The notes under the pieces were generated by a model. That model was not told the origin of the DNA. It made no database searches and worked only from the letters and a program-made list of their open reading frames with translations. This document shows positions 14,747 through 34,978 of a DNA stretch of 64,000 nucleotides, one piece after another. Where the stretch lies: assembly GCF_009914755.1 (NCBI RefSeq), contig NC_060940.1. The stretch is one strand, 5' to 3'. Each line of letters starts with the position of its first letter. Position 1 is the first letter of the stretch. The DNA comes from the human T2T-CHM13v2.0 reference genome, Homo sapiens. Both the position numbers and the translations under genes were made by a program.

Positions 14747-16424
14747 GTTATAATATTATTTGACTTTGGTAAAAATCTCTAGACCACATTACTACTGGGA
14801 ACTGGGGTAGCATAATCATCCCCTCCAGGTTCCACTCGGTTGCTATAAAGTCTCAAGAAACCAAGAGCAAACCAAAGTCTACCATCCTCTTTGTCAATGG
14901 CAAAGCTGCAATGCCTCGCCCTTCCCATTTCTAGTTGGCCTTGCCACCCGCCTCCAGACCTAGGGACAAAGAATGGTGCTAGCCACAAAAGGAAGGTAGG
15001 ACACAGCTAAGGACAGGCTTCTCTTAAGGGTAAGCAGGGGAGAGAGTTCAAGCACAAAGCCAGGCAGTGTTCTGATGCAGTGACCTCACACCGGGTAGAT
15101 GTGGACCAATGGAGTGAGGCTCTCCCTGGTGTACCAATCAGATAAATCACTCCTATGGAAAGGAAGAAATGAGAGGGTGGAGACAGGACCAGAAGAATGT
15201 GCCCCAATACTGCTCCCACCTGGTGTGCAGTCAAAACCCCCCTGAATGTAGGCTAAAGCAAGAATGAGGGGACACAGGAAGGTTACCCTCTACATAAGCA
15301 ATGAGAAAACTAACAGGTTTGTTTTCTCTAATGGGAAACAGTGCTGCCACTGAGGGGTACAGGGCCAAGCATGGCAGGCAGAGAAAGTACCAGATTAGAG
15401 CCAGTCCTGGCTCTACTGAGTCTAGTCTGTGGCACTGTGGGCAAACCCCGCAAGCTCCTGGAGCATTCTTCATCTGTATTGGCTGATACAGTCATCTCTC
15501 CCTCACTGTAAGTTCTTCTTACGTAAACTCCATGTGTGGGTCTCCTTTTATAAAGGCAAAGTCCCCCTAAGTTGCCACCAGCTTGTCCCTCTGAATACAC
15601 CTAGTGCCACCTTTATACTTTTTTAAAATTCATGTTCAGTCACGTTCCTCAAAGGCTCTCAAAATATCACTGCCAATTGCCAAAGGGTCCTTAAGTATCC
15701 CTGCAAATATAGATAATGTTGCCGGGGTGGCAGCTGCTGGGGGATCTCTGAGGGCACTGCATTACGCAGGAAGTGTGGGGGCGCTGCACAAGCAGAGATC
15801 TGTGTCGGGAGGAAGTGACTCTTCATGGCCAATAGGTTCTCAATGCTCCTCCCATCCCCGCAGATCATTACTAGCCACAAAGGGAGAAGACGCTGCAAAG
15901 CAACTCTCTAACCAGGGACTTTCATGTGCCCGGGTTCCACTAATAAACTAAAACTTGTACAATATAAAAAACTATATTGTAATACTGGAACTATACACAG
16001 TTCCATCCCTCCACCCCACTGGCGAGGCACTGGATTAGAAAGGCAAAACAGTGGTAGTGGTGACTGTGGTGGCAGTGAGCAGCAAGAAAGCAGATGGCGC
16101 CTTTCTGGAGGGAGTCGGTGCACAGGTGAAATGAAACAGGTACTCGGCCAATAACCTTGGCCTTGCTCACATCCCTGGAGAGAGAAGATGATAACTCTAC
16201 ATGGGGTTTTCCATGAGCCTTCAATCCCCGCACAGCAAGCACGCATCACCCGTCCCACGATTCTCAACCAATTTTGCTAGAAGTGACTCAGTCCGTCTCT
16301 CAGCTCTGCCCCTTCTACAGGCACCAGCCCAAAGCCAAGACTGACCAGAAATCCAACACCCTTCTTCTTCCTGGGCCCTTCCACCCCCAACAGGTGGCTG
16401 GGTACGCTTGTCCTGGGAAGGCCT

Positions 16425-16630
16425 TAGCATGAACTGAAGGGTGTGGGCTGTGGAATCAGGGCAGGTCGCATCTAATGATGACTTCCTGATTACTTATCTG
16501 CTTGCCCCTGAGCAAATTACCTAACCTCTCGGAGCTCAAGTTTCTTCACTTGCAAAATGAACTTTCAACAGTACTCCCCCTCACCAAGTAGCTATGGGAA
16601 TGACATCAATGGATGTAAATCCCTTAGCAC
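16425..16630 (+). mobile_element. MIR-like SINE remnant
   Basis: gagcaaattacctaacctctcggagctcaagtttcttcacttgcaaaatg core. Confidence 0.6.
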
Positions 16631-17932
16631 CCTCATCCATAAATGAGCAAAACTATTTCACTAGATATTTCACTGGTGAGTCAATGAGCTTAAAAAAAAA
16701 GGAACAAAATAAAAATCCTACATAAAAAATTAGCTAAATGCTCAAAAACATCCCAAGAATGCCAAATGCCTTTTCACTTTCATTTTTATATACAAATCAC
16801 CTCTCACTGCTGCAAACGAAGAATGTAAGAATGAAAACGTGTCCCACAGGCCTCCATCTGTGTTCAGGACAGTAAGAGTTTGGGACTAGACTCATGATTC
16901 TAGCAGCAAACACTTTTTTTCTTTTTAAAGAAAGAAATATTGCATAGAACCCCACCATATAAAGCAGACTAAATGAGAAACTGCTTAATTAATAAGGGTA
17001 GAGGAGGGGGTCTCAAATGCCTGTCTGTACTCCCAAACCTAGTGTCTGTGACACCTCCAAGAATCCCTATGGGCCTACAGAGCACCAGAAAAGCCCTGCA
17101 CTAAAGCCCTTCCCAGCTTTGTGATTCTGGTTCTAACAAGTCTAGAAAGTTTTTCGGGGGTAAAAAAAGATTGCTAAAAAGACTGGTCGTACATTCTCTC
17201 TCAAGTATCTTTCACCTGCAAGCCCCATCACCACTGCCGCCCAGGGTCTTTGCTACCTGACCACCAGGGGTGATTAAACCATTTCATCACCTGGCCCTAA
17301 CCTAGCTGACTTACTGTCCCCACCTCACCATCCACAGCCACCCACCCACCCTCTGCCTCAGCCAAACCCAAACTCACCCTTTTCTCTCCACATAACAGTT
17401 CCATGTCTTCACACACACCATTTCCTCTATCTAGAATGCTCCTGACTCCTCGAAAAGGTCCCCAACTCTGTGAAGCCTAATGCAGTTCCCCCTTCCCTAC
17501 CCTCAGAGCTCCTCACTCCTTGTGGGCTTCAACATGACACCGACCATAATGAACTGAAATTACATCTTTCACTCTCATACAGGGATGGCAAGACAACTGG
17601 TGCCACCTCAGTGGGGGCCAAGACAAGTCAGCAATATTTATCAAATTTCAAACACAAAGACAACCTCACCCAGCAATACACTTTTGGTGATTTTTCCTCC
17701 AAAGCTTAGGTGTAAAGGATCTTCATGTCAATGCCGTTTGTAAAACAAAAGAATGGGGACAACTTAAATTTCCATCAAGGCAGGATTGGTTAAATAAGGT
17801 ACATCCACACTGTAGAACACCTACTAACTATGAAAAATAGTGAATAAGCTCTATACATATATGTATATGGAACCATGAAAACTACTCACCTAAAAACACA
17901 TTTCCCCACACCCAAGGATCCCAGTCAAACAT

Positions 17933-18235
<303 letters not shown>

Positions 18236-18769
18236 AATGTCAAACACTGAGAAAGAGATGCCTGGGGATCCTCTCTGCTTGTCCTTGTCATCCCAAATAC
18301 CACTCTTGCTCTTAAGCAAAACTCCGCACATTTACTAAGGTCTTATGTACTAGACACTGTCACAAACATTCATTCTTTAGGCTGGTTATTTTTTTGATCA
18401 CGGAAGAACTTGCACTTACCTGCAAGTTCTCCAATTTGCACTCCAAATCAAGGTAAATGCCTAGAAGTTTTCTGTTTATTCCACCATGGAATGTGCTGCC
18501 TGCCATTCACTGGCTTTCACTCTCTAAGCCCCATACTTTTCCTGTCTTTGTCTCTATTTTAGGTTCCATCCTACCCCAAGGTCTATAACCCTCTGTCCAC
18601 TGGCAGTAACTATTGGTATAAACTATTTCTTCCTAGTGGCTGGGGCATGGGACATCCTGGCCAATTAAATATGCTGAATTTAAGACTGCTGCCACAGATG
18701 GATTTCTATTTTCAAAATACAGATTCAATTCAACTTTTACTTAATCTATGTCATCTTTTTATGCATTCG

Positions 18770-19745
<976 letters not shown>

Positions 19746-20096
19746 TTTGAAAAGTAACTAACTTACGACTGGAAAAAATTAAAATATGTTAAGCCACTAT
19801 TTCTAATACATTAATGTAAATATAAGGGATACCTAAATAAAGCTTAAGGGATCTGTCTCCTATAAACAGACAAAAAATAAAATCTAACTTGTTGATAAGT
19901 TTCCTACACAGACACACAGAAAAAGATACTGAGGAACAATAATGAGAAGCCATTATTTAACCTATTAAATTAGCGACAATTTTCTTAAGATTACCCAACG
20001 CTGATGAGGATATTTATCTACAGCTGATGGGAAGAATAAACTCGTGTAACCTTTCTGGAAAACATGTGATGAAGTGCCTTAAAAATATTCAGACTA

Positions 20097-20457
<361 letters not shown>

Positions 20458-20975
20458 TCATACCCTTGGGCCCTTCTGGGAATCTATCCTAAGGCAATTT
20501 TCTAAAATACATACAAAGGTTTTCGCAAAGACATTAATCACATTATTATTTACCATGGCAAAAAACAGAACAATGAACTGCTTAAAAATCCATGCAATGC
20601 GGTATTATAAAGCCACTGCAAATATTTATAAAATATTTAATGATTTGAAAAGCCACTTATGCTATAAAGCGGAAAAGGCAGAAGAAAAAAGTGCATTTAC
20701 AGTGTAATCTCAACCATATTGAAAAAGTAAATAGGAAAAAAGACTAGAAGGAAGCAAATCAAAATGTTATTAGAGATTGAATCCAATGGTGGTAATTTTT
20801 TTTTTAATTATCAAATATTCTAGAGTTCAAAATACTTTTTACAATCAGGATAATAACAACTAAGCAAAATCAAGAAGTGGCAGAGAAGATTTTGTGTTTC
20901 TACAGTAGCATCAGCACCTACTTTAATTGTCTAGCAGTACTAGAATAAAGAAGGCACAGAAACTGAGCTAAATTA

Positions 20976-23070
<2,095 letters not shown>

Positions 23071-24038
23071 ACCTAGTGATCTAGAAAAAAACATGGGCCT
23101 TGGAGTTGGAACCTTAGAACTGAATCCTGGCTCTGTCAACTCACTAGGTAATTCTGATTTCTGTTTTTTTGGTTTTTTATTTTCTTAGCCCAGATGAAGA
23201 GAACACTAGGTAACTTTGGAGAAGTTACTTAGCATTACCCACCCTGGGCCTCAGCGTCCTTATCTTCCTCAACTATAAAATGGGAACATAATACCTACCT
23301 GGCAGGGTGGCTATGAGAGATTAAATCAAATACCCTACGCGGTATGCATGAGGGCCCCTTAACGACGACTAGCACAGAGTGCAATTATGAAACACAGACC
23401 TTTTCTCTCTCTATGCCCATTTCCTTCCCTTCCCATTAGCCTCTTTCACCCCCTCACTTCTCTGCCCTGTGTCTTTCCTTGGTTAAGATCCACAAAGACC
23501 TCACCTCACCCACTCCCACTCCTCATTGTTCCTCAGCGGTTCTCCCAGTAGCAATTAGCTTTGGGGCTCCCCAGTAAGCACACCACCCCCCACAGCACTT
23601 GTTCTGACAACTTCCCTTGCTCACCTGCTGCCCATCTCCACCCACCGGGGGAAAAAATACAGTTATCTGAGCTTGCTGGTTGCATGGATTTTGGAAATAC
23701 AAGGTGTTACTGCATTCATACTCTATTTCACTCTTACCACCCTCTCCAAATACTATTACTATCATTTACTAACCTCAAGGGCCCACCTTGACCTGCTTGG
23801 GTTTATTTTTACACCTGACTCTTAATTACTCATGTATCTGCTGAATGCTTACTAGGCACTAAAGAGGCGAAGCAGAGTAAGACGCACTCTGCTATGGGCT
23901 CTTAAAGAGAAAGAACTAATCCTCCTCACCCCCAGGCTTGGAGTGGGAAGGAGGAGGAGTGGGGAAGGAGGCAAGAGATCCACATTTTGCTCTTGAAACT
24001 TCTGAACTGTCTGACACTCACTGTAAGAATGTAGTCTT

Positions 24039-24343
24039 GGCCGGGCGTGGTGGCTCATGCCTGTAATCCCAGCAATTGGGGAGGCTGAGGCGGGTGGATC
24101 ACGAGGTCAGGAGATCGAGACCATCCTGGCTAACACGGTGAAACCCCATCTCTACTAAAAATACAAAAAATTAGCCAGGCGTGGCAGCATGCACCTGTAG
24201 TCCCAGCTACTCGGGAGGCTGAGGCAGGAGAATGCTTGAACCCAGGAGGCGGAACTTGTAGTGAGTCGAGATCACACCACTGCACTCCAGCCTGGGCGAC
24301 AAAGCGAGACTCCGTCTCAAAAAATAATAATAATAATAATAAT
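24039..24343 (+). mobile_element. AluY-type with (AAT)n tail
   Basis: Diagnostic gagatcgagaccatcctggctaacacgg; target-site duplication aatgtagtctt. Confidence 0.93.
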
Positions 24344-24439
24344 GTAGTCTTGTCATTCTTATATTAACAAAAACAAACATATCAAAATAATAAAAGCCAA
24401 AAAATACCAAACTATAATCGAAGATGACCTATGATAAAC

Positions 24440-27400
24440 TAGCAGCTGGAAAGCCTCAGAGAGGTAATGTTTATGGTAACCTTGAGATGTCACATAAGTT
24501 TCATTTGCAAGAAAGAAAAGGGCGCTAGAGCAGAGGGAACAGCATCAGCAAAGGCAGACAAGTATTAAAGTGCACTGAGTGTTCTGGGAATGACAAATGG
24601 TTTGCTGTGGCTGGAAAACAAGGTGTACTTTGGGAAGTCTTTCATAGATACTCCAAATAAATCACTTTAAGTATTTAATGAACCATCTTCATCCTTACTG
24701 AGGGACCTCAAAGTAAGTAAGAAACTTAAAATTCAGGGCCCATGTTACTCTACCATGATGAAAACTTGGTCTCAGACAACAGTGGGAACCCTCTGCTCTG
24801 AATGACTGGGGTTCACGTGGCATGATCACATCTGAGCTCTATGAGGCAGCTCAGCAGTACGGAAGATGGACAGAGGGACGCAGAACCTGGAAGAGAGGAC
24901 CGGTCATGACAGCAACAACCAAAGCAAGAGACAATGACAGCTTGATCAAAGCAGAGGGAATGGAGGGAAAGGTCAGGGTCAGGACACAGATACGTTAGCA
25001 GCAGCATCAACAGGTCTGGAAGCAGGGGGGCGCTATAGAAGAGGAAGTTAAAGATGACTCAGGTTCATCATTTGACTAGCTAGAAAATGAGGTCATTAAC
25101 AGAACCAGGGCAAGACAGAGGAGGCACTAACCTGAGAGGAAGATGATGGATTTGGTTTAACACACATTTAATTTGATGTTGTCAGAACACTGGATATCTA
25201 CAGCTGGTGAGGGTTTAGTTTTCATTGGTACACGGGTCATAGCTGAAGCCATGGGAGGCTAAACCAAGAGACTAATACCATGGATGCCACGGGAGCCAAG
25301 AAGAAAAGTGTTTCAAGAAAAGAAAAGGAGATCAGTGGCTGCCAAAGGCCACACTGAGAGGTCAAATGACCTAAGGATTGAAAATACGCATTAAACTGAA
25401 CTCAGCACACAGATGTTACACATAATCTTGAAAAGTGGTAAAGACAAAAAGTCTGCTGGCTGGGCGTGGTGGCTTACGCCTGTAATCCTAGCACTTTGGG
25501 AGGCTGAGGCCGGAGGATCACTTGAGCCCAGCAGCTCAAGGCCAGCAGGGGCAACATGGTGAAACCTCGTATCTACAAAGAATACAAAATTACCCAGGCA
25601 TGGTGATGCATACGTATAGTTCCAGCTACTCAGGAGGCTGAGGTGGGAGGATCGCGTGAGCCCCAGGAGATAGAGGCTGCAGTAAGACATGATTGCTCCA
25701 CTGCACACCAGCCTGGGCGACGGAGTAAGACCCCATCTCAAAAAAAAAAAAAAAAAGTCAGTCAGCAATGGGTTGTAGAATGAATGACAGGGGGAAAGGA
25801 GAGGTGGGAGGTTGAAAAAGTAGAGGTAGAGTGGCAACCACACTTTCAGGAATTCCTACCCTTTCAACACAGCCTGTGCTATCACATCTTCCTTGGCTTA
25901 GACAGATACATTTGACAATGCAACTACTTAAGATCTTCAACATCCTTCTCGTGCCCAGGGCCAACTACCTTCATGTCAACAGCGCCACAACTGCTCACCT
26001 ACCTACAGAGATAGCCACATCCCATATTTCATCAGCACATGGCCCATCTCCTGTCATCTCTTCCTATCAGTTTACATGTTATCGCTTCCATTCCTACCAA
26101 ATCCAAATCACCAACTGATTAAAACTTTCTACTACTCTCAATCGCCAGGTTACAGGCTTCCAAAATCAGCTTGTGCTTTTCCTTCTTCCTCATCTCTTAA
26201 CTCTGGAATCAGTTTTAAGTGACAACTCCCTTACCAGGTCTTCCTCTCAACCACTAATTACACATGCAAGAACAGGCAGGCCCTTGTCACATCCACACAG
26301 GCATGGTGTAACATCTGGTTTCCCACATCTAACCTATACACAGCAGATTAAGTTTCCTTTAAGGAAAAACCATCCAACAAGAGAAAGCCAAACTCCCTAG
26401 GGTAGTACTGGAGACCCTCCATCATCTAGCCACAAACTACCTTGATAGCCTTCTCTCCAACTACTTCTTCACATCCTTCTCTTCTGAAACTTCCAAACTT
26501 CTGAAACTGCTAGGGAGCCTAGTTTACTCCTTCCCTAAAGCTCCCTTTGAACACCCAAGACCTCAACAACATCCCTACCACAATTTAATTGCCCACTATG
26601 CCAAGAATTGCTCTAGACTCTTGGGATACATGAACAAAAGAGAGATTCCCTAGCTTTATGGAGCTAACATTTTAGCGGGAGACAACAAAAGACCAACCTC
26701 ATTAATAATATTGAGTATATAAAATGTTAAAAAATTGTACAAAAAGAGAAGTAAAGCAGGATGTCAGGGACTGGAAGTGCTGAAGTGGCATTACCATTTT
26801 AAACAGGGTGGTGAGGGAAGGCCCCACTGGAAAAGCGACTCGAGGCTTAAAGGTTTAGTCAAGCAGATTCTCAGGGAGAGCACGGTCCAAGCAGAGGCAG
26901 GGAGCCAGGCCAAAGGCCTGGAGCAGGAACATGCCCAGAAGGTCTGAAGAGCAGTAAGAAGACCGAGGGAGCTGCAGCACAGCCAGTGAGAGCTAAAGGA
27001 GGTGAGCTAGAGGGGAGATGTGACCCGTCTCACAAACCAGCTTGGATGTCAAGCAGACAGCTGGAGACTCGAGAACTGGAGCTGAGGAGAGAGATGTTGG
27101 GTTATAGGTGTCCTGGATGAAGGCACTAAGTTCGAGGCCTAGAGTGTTCCGGCTATGAGATGAGGAAGAAACAACCTGTGCGACAGGAGGAAAACCAAGA
27201 ACACACCTTAGTGTCCCAGCGGCCAAGTGACGAAAGGCTGAACTGCAGAAGGGGTACTCCACTTGTCTGACACTACTGACAGATCCAGTAAGATAGGGAC
27301 TGAGAGCTAACCACTGGATTTAGCAACACTGGATAAGCAACACTTATCACCTTGATAAGTGAGATTAAGAGAGAATAATGCCAGGCGTGGGGACTCACAT

Positions 27401-27660
27401 CTATAATCCCAGCATTTTGGGAGGCCTAGGCAGGGGGATCCCTTGAGCCCAGGAGTTCAAGGCTGCTGTGAACTATGGTCACTCCACTGCACTCCAGCCT
27501 GGGCGACAGAGCGAGATCCTATGTCTAAAATTAATGAGCAAAGGGAAAGTGAGGAATTAGAGACCAAGTACAGGCCACTCCTTCCTGGGGTTTTGTTGCA
27601 AAGGGGAAAAAAGAAATAGGGCAATAACTGGCCAGGAAAGTAGGAGTAAAGGTTTCAGAT
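24440..27660. mobile_element. Degraded L2-like remnants with AluJ (25458-25755) and Alu monomer (27381-27530)
   Basis: L2-like motifs (cagagggaacagcatcagcaaaggc; gccaaaggcctggagcaggaacatg; ccactggatttagcaac). Confidence 0.6.
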
Positions 27661-28220
27661 AAAAAAAATACCATGTTTGTGTACTACATGTATATGTGTA
27701 CATAGGTATGCATATAAAGCCCTAGAAAGTCCTACGCACCCAACAAATGTTTATTTCCTTCACTCTCACTTCACACCTATCATTTTCTATTATCTTTGTT
27801 GCTATATATGTGACCTCTGTAACTGTCTGCAAGAAACTTTCACTTGGAAGGCCCTTTCTTTGTCCCAGTGTCAAACTCTTCCTCATCCTTCAAGACTCAA
27901 ATATACCTTCCTGGGAAGCCTTCCCTGACTCTTCTCAGCCAATCTCTCTCAGGTCAGTACCTATGCAATCTTTGTACCAATGCCCCTTTGCACCAACACA
28001 TTCTTCTACTATCACCTGTATCACAGTCTCTTGTATTTTCAGAGTATGTTGACTTATCTTCCCCACTAAACTGACTCCCAGAGGGCAGGGGCAGTATTAA
28101 ATATTACCCTGGAAGTGTAACGGTTATGAGCAGTGACTCGCTGTGTGACCTTGGGAAGTTGCCTAACCTCTCAGTGCACTGAATGTCAGCTATAAAACAT
28201 GAAATGAAAGCTGCCTTTAA

Positions 28221-32622
<4,402 letters not shown>

Positions 32623-33041
32623 ACACATACACTATACGTATAGCATATGCTGTACGGTGCTGCTCAGCATTAATGGTGTACTTTACCCAGCTGGTTGTAA
32701 GCTCCATATCTCAGGACCTACACACTACCCACAGGCCCCTTGAATGTTTCGAAAATTCCACAGGCCTTAAGGTCTGTATCACAAAAGATGCAGCTATGTC
32801 CCTTTCTCTATTATACCACTAACTTGGCAGGGGTAAAATGGGTGAAACTGAGGAGAACAGCTCCACTCCTCGAGGTGCTCAACCACAGGCTAGGTGATCC
32901 AGTACTTACCAAGGGCTTACTATGTGCCAGGAGCTGGAGCAGATAAGGGTTCAAACAATTTGGTCTTTGAAGGAGCTGTGTATACCGCAATAGACAGATA
33001 AGGCTCAGAAATAATTACAAGAGCAAAAAGGCAAATGCTTA

Positions 33042-33178
33042 ACAAAGAGATGTGGGTACACACATTTAGGGGAGTATTGAAAGTATCGGTCTAGAAAACG
33101 TGGAGATGTGGATACACAAAGAGATGTGAGTACACACATTTAGGGGAGTATTGAAAGTATCGGTCTAGAAAACGTGGA
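33042..33178. repeat. 63-bp tandem duplication with 11-bp spacer
   Basis: 33042-33104 and 33116-33178 differ at one base. Confidence 0.95.
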
Positions 33179-33841
33179 AGGTAGCTTCAGCAGAGATCAG
33201 AGCATGTAGAATAGCAGCCTCAGTGTCAAAAGATCACGACCATTCCTGACTTTGCCATCACCTGTGCAAGTGACCTCTGTAAATCGCTCTGTTTCCTCAT
33301 ATATAAACCTACAGCTAGATGAGATGTTTCTCCTACAATCACCCAGCTCTCTAAGTGTATTAGAGATGCCTAGGTTCAAAGTCAGATGCCTAGGTTCAAA
33401 TCTTAACACTGTTAAAAAGTCGCTTGACCTTGAGCTGGGGAATTAATTGCTCCGTGCCTCAGTCTCCCCACTTCCGAACAGAGGGCTGGTGTGATCATTA
33501 AATACTACTGCACTGTCAATCACTTCGCGCAGGGCCTTGGCAAGTAGTAAGCCCTCAATAAACGATAGTTATTATCCGGAGGAGCTGCAGGAGGCAAACA
33601 CCAGATGCAAGGGTTGTGCCTGCTGCGCTCCCAGGGCCCTCCCAGGCCTGAGCCATCATCCCTGGGGGGATGGGAGCGCAGGGCCGGGGCTGCACACTCT
33701 GCACGCATGTGTCACCGGCCAGGCTCCGCACGCGCCTCTCCCCGCCATGGGGAGAGCAGCGATGGCTCAGCAGCCCCGGGGCCCATTCCCACCCTTCCGG
33801 TAGGGCACCCCAGGAGGGAAGGGGGCTCCAATTCCACTTAC

Positions 33842-33844
33842 CAT
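33842..33844 (-). CDS. XPO6: XPO6 exon 1 coding portion: initiator ATG only
   Basis: Minus strand gccagcATG|gtaagt, consensus donor at 33841-33836; phase-0 join to exon 2 gives MASEEASLRALESL..., the recalled exportin-6 N-terminus. Confidence 0.93.
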
Positions 33845-34433
33845 GCTGGCCGGGGAGGGGGCGGCTCAGATGAGCTGGTTCTTGGGCTTCGGACACGTCC
33901 CGCTCGCACAGTTCAGGTCATGGTCCCGGCAGACTCGGGAAGTCCCCCACCCATGCAAAGACAACCCCTTCCCCACCGGGCCCCGAGGGGACCCTCTAAA
34001 AAGGGCAGGGCCGCCCGGGTCGCCTCATCGGGGGACCCCGAGACAATTCATCCAGACCCACCCGCCCCTCCCCAAGGAAACTGAAAAAGCAGGAAATGAG
34101 GCTCGGATGCCGGCGAGGAGGGCAGCTGCTCGGGACCCCCGCCCGGGCCCGACCCCCGCGGGGGAGGCTGCGGGCCCAGGCAGGGGCTCCCCGGCCTCCG
34201 CGGGCAGAGGTGGCGGCGGCCCCGGCCCCGAGGCTGAACGGGCGGAGGCTGACAGGCCTCGACCGCGCGGCCCAGGCGGCCGGCTCAGGGGAGAGGCCCG
34301 GGGGCCCGCGCTGTCCTCGCAGCCTCAACCCACACGGCCACTGCCGCCGCCCCCTAGAGCATCCTTGCGCGCGCCCGCCCTGGAGCCGCCCGCTAGTACC
34401 GCGCGGCCGCCCCCGACCAACAGCCCCAACGCG

Positions 34434-34441
34434 CCGGAAGT
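34434..34441 (+). promoter_or_regulatory. ETS-family (GABPA/ELK-type) motif CCGGAAGT
   Basis: Exact consensus match at the presumed TSS. Confidence 0.7.
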
Positions 34442-34497
34442 GGCGAGCGCCGGGCGGCCCCACAGCGCGGCCGCCGGGCTGCGGCGCTGGAACCGGA

Positions 34498-34555
34498 CCA
34501 ATCCGGAATCGAGCGGGGCGAGCGGGGGGAGCGGGCGGAGGGCGGAGGGCGGGGC
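34498..34555 (+). promoter_or_regulatory. CCAAT box followed by tandem GC boxes (NF-Y, SP/KLF)
   Basis: gaCCAATc at 34498-34502; GGGCGGAG GGCGGAG GGCGGGG at ~34533-34554. Confidence 0.7.
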
Positions 34556-34647
34556 TGCACCTGACGGCTCCCACTGGCCCCGCCTTCTTACCACGCCCTC
34601 TCTTGCCCCGCCCCCTGCGCCCACCGCCCGTGCGTCCACGCGGGCCG

Positions 34648-34693
34648 GCAGCCATCTTGGTAAAGGGAGCCCGGGCTGCCATTTTAGTAAAGG
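34648..34693 (-). promoter_or_regulatory. Two YY1-type motifs 27 bp apart
   Basis: Minus strand CCTTTACtAAaATGGCaGCC and CCTTTACcAAgATGGCtGCC. Confidence 0.65.
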
Positions 34694-34978
34694 CGTGGTT
34701 TCCCTTTCGCTTTTTTCGCCCATTCATTCCGCTAAAATTTTAGTGAGTGCCTTTTACGGGCGGAGCATCGAGCTGGCAGCGTGACGACACGCGGCCCCAT
34801 GGAGCTTACATTCATGCAGTCCACACACTCTTGCCCGACTATATTCCAGGCCCTGCTGTGGATGCTAGGACAGGGGAGATAAACGTAACTTCGATAGCCA
34901 AGGTGCTGAGAGAGGCAGAGAATGTGTTGGATTCCTGTTCCCATCCTCCAATCCACTTTACTCGTGAAAGTGCTCATC

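Larger units (their letters stand above)
33842..34441 (-). other. XPO6: XPO6 exon 1 / long GC-rich 5' UTR (TSS approximate)
   Basis: Ends at the ATG|GT donor; 5' end estimated from the ETS motif with CCAAT and GC boxes 60-110 nt upstream. The exact TSS cannot be read from sequence. Confidence 0.65.
33520..34830. promoter_or_regulatory. CpG island / TATA-less XPO6 promoter
   Basis: Abrupt rise in GC and CpG density against a CpG-depleted background; surrounds exon 1. Confidence 0.95.

Noticed and set aside
25018-25037. CTCF-like gcaggggggcgcta (also gcagatggcgcc at ~16090)
   Set aside because: The 5' CCA half of the consensus is missing; not supportable without ChIP data.
27343-27361. Short inverted repeat cacttatc...gataagtg
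   Set aside because: 8-bp stem inside a decayed L2-like region; expected by chance.
33843-34784. Long ORFs on both strands in the CpG island (313, 243, 215, 132 aa)
   Set aside because: Low-complexity P/R/G/A content expected from stop-codon scarcity in very GC-rich DNA; no recognisable domain.
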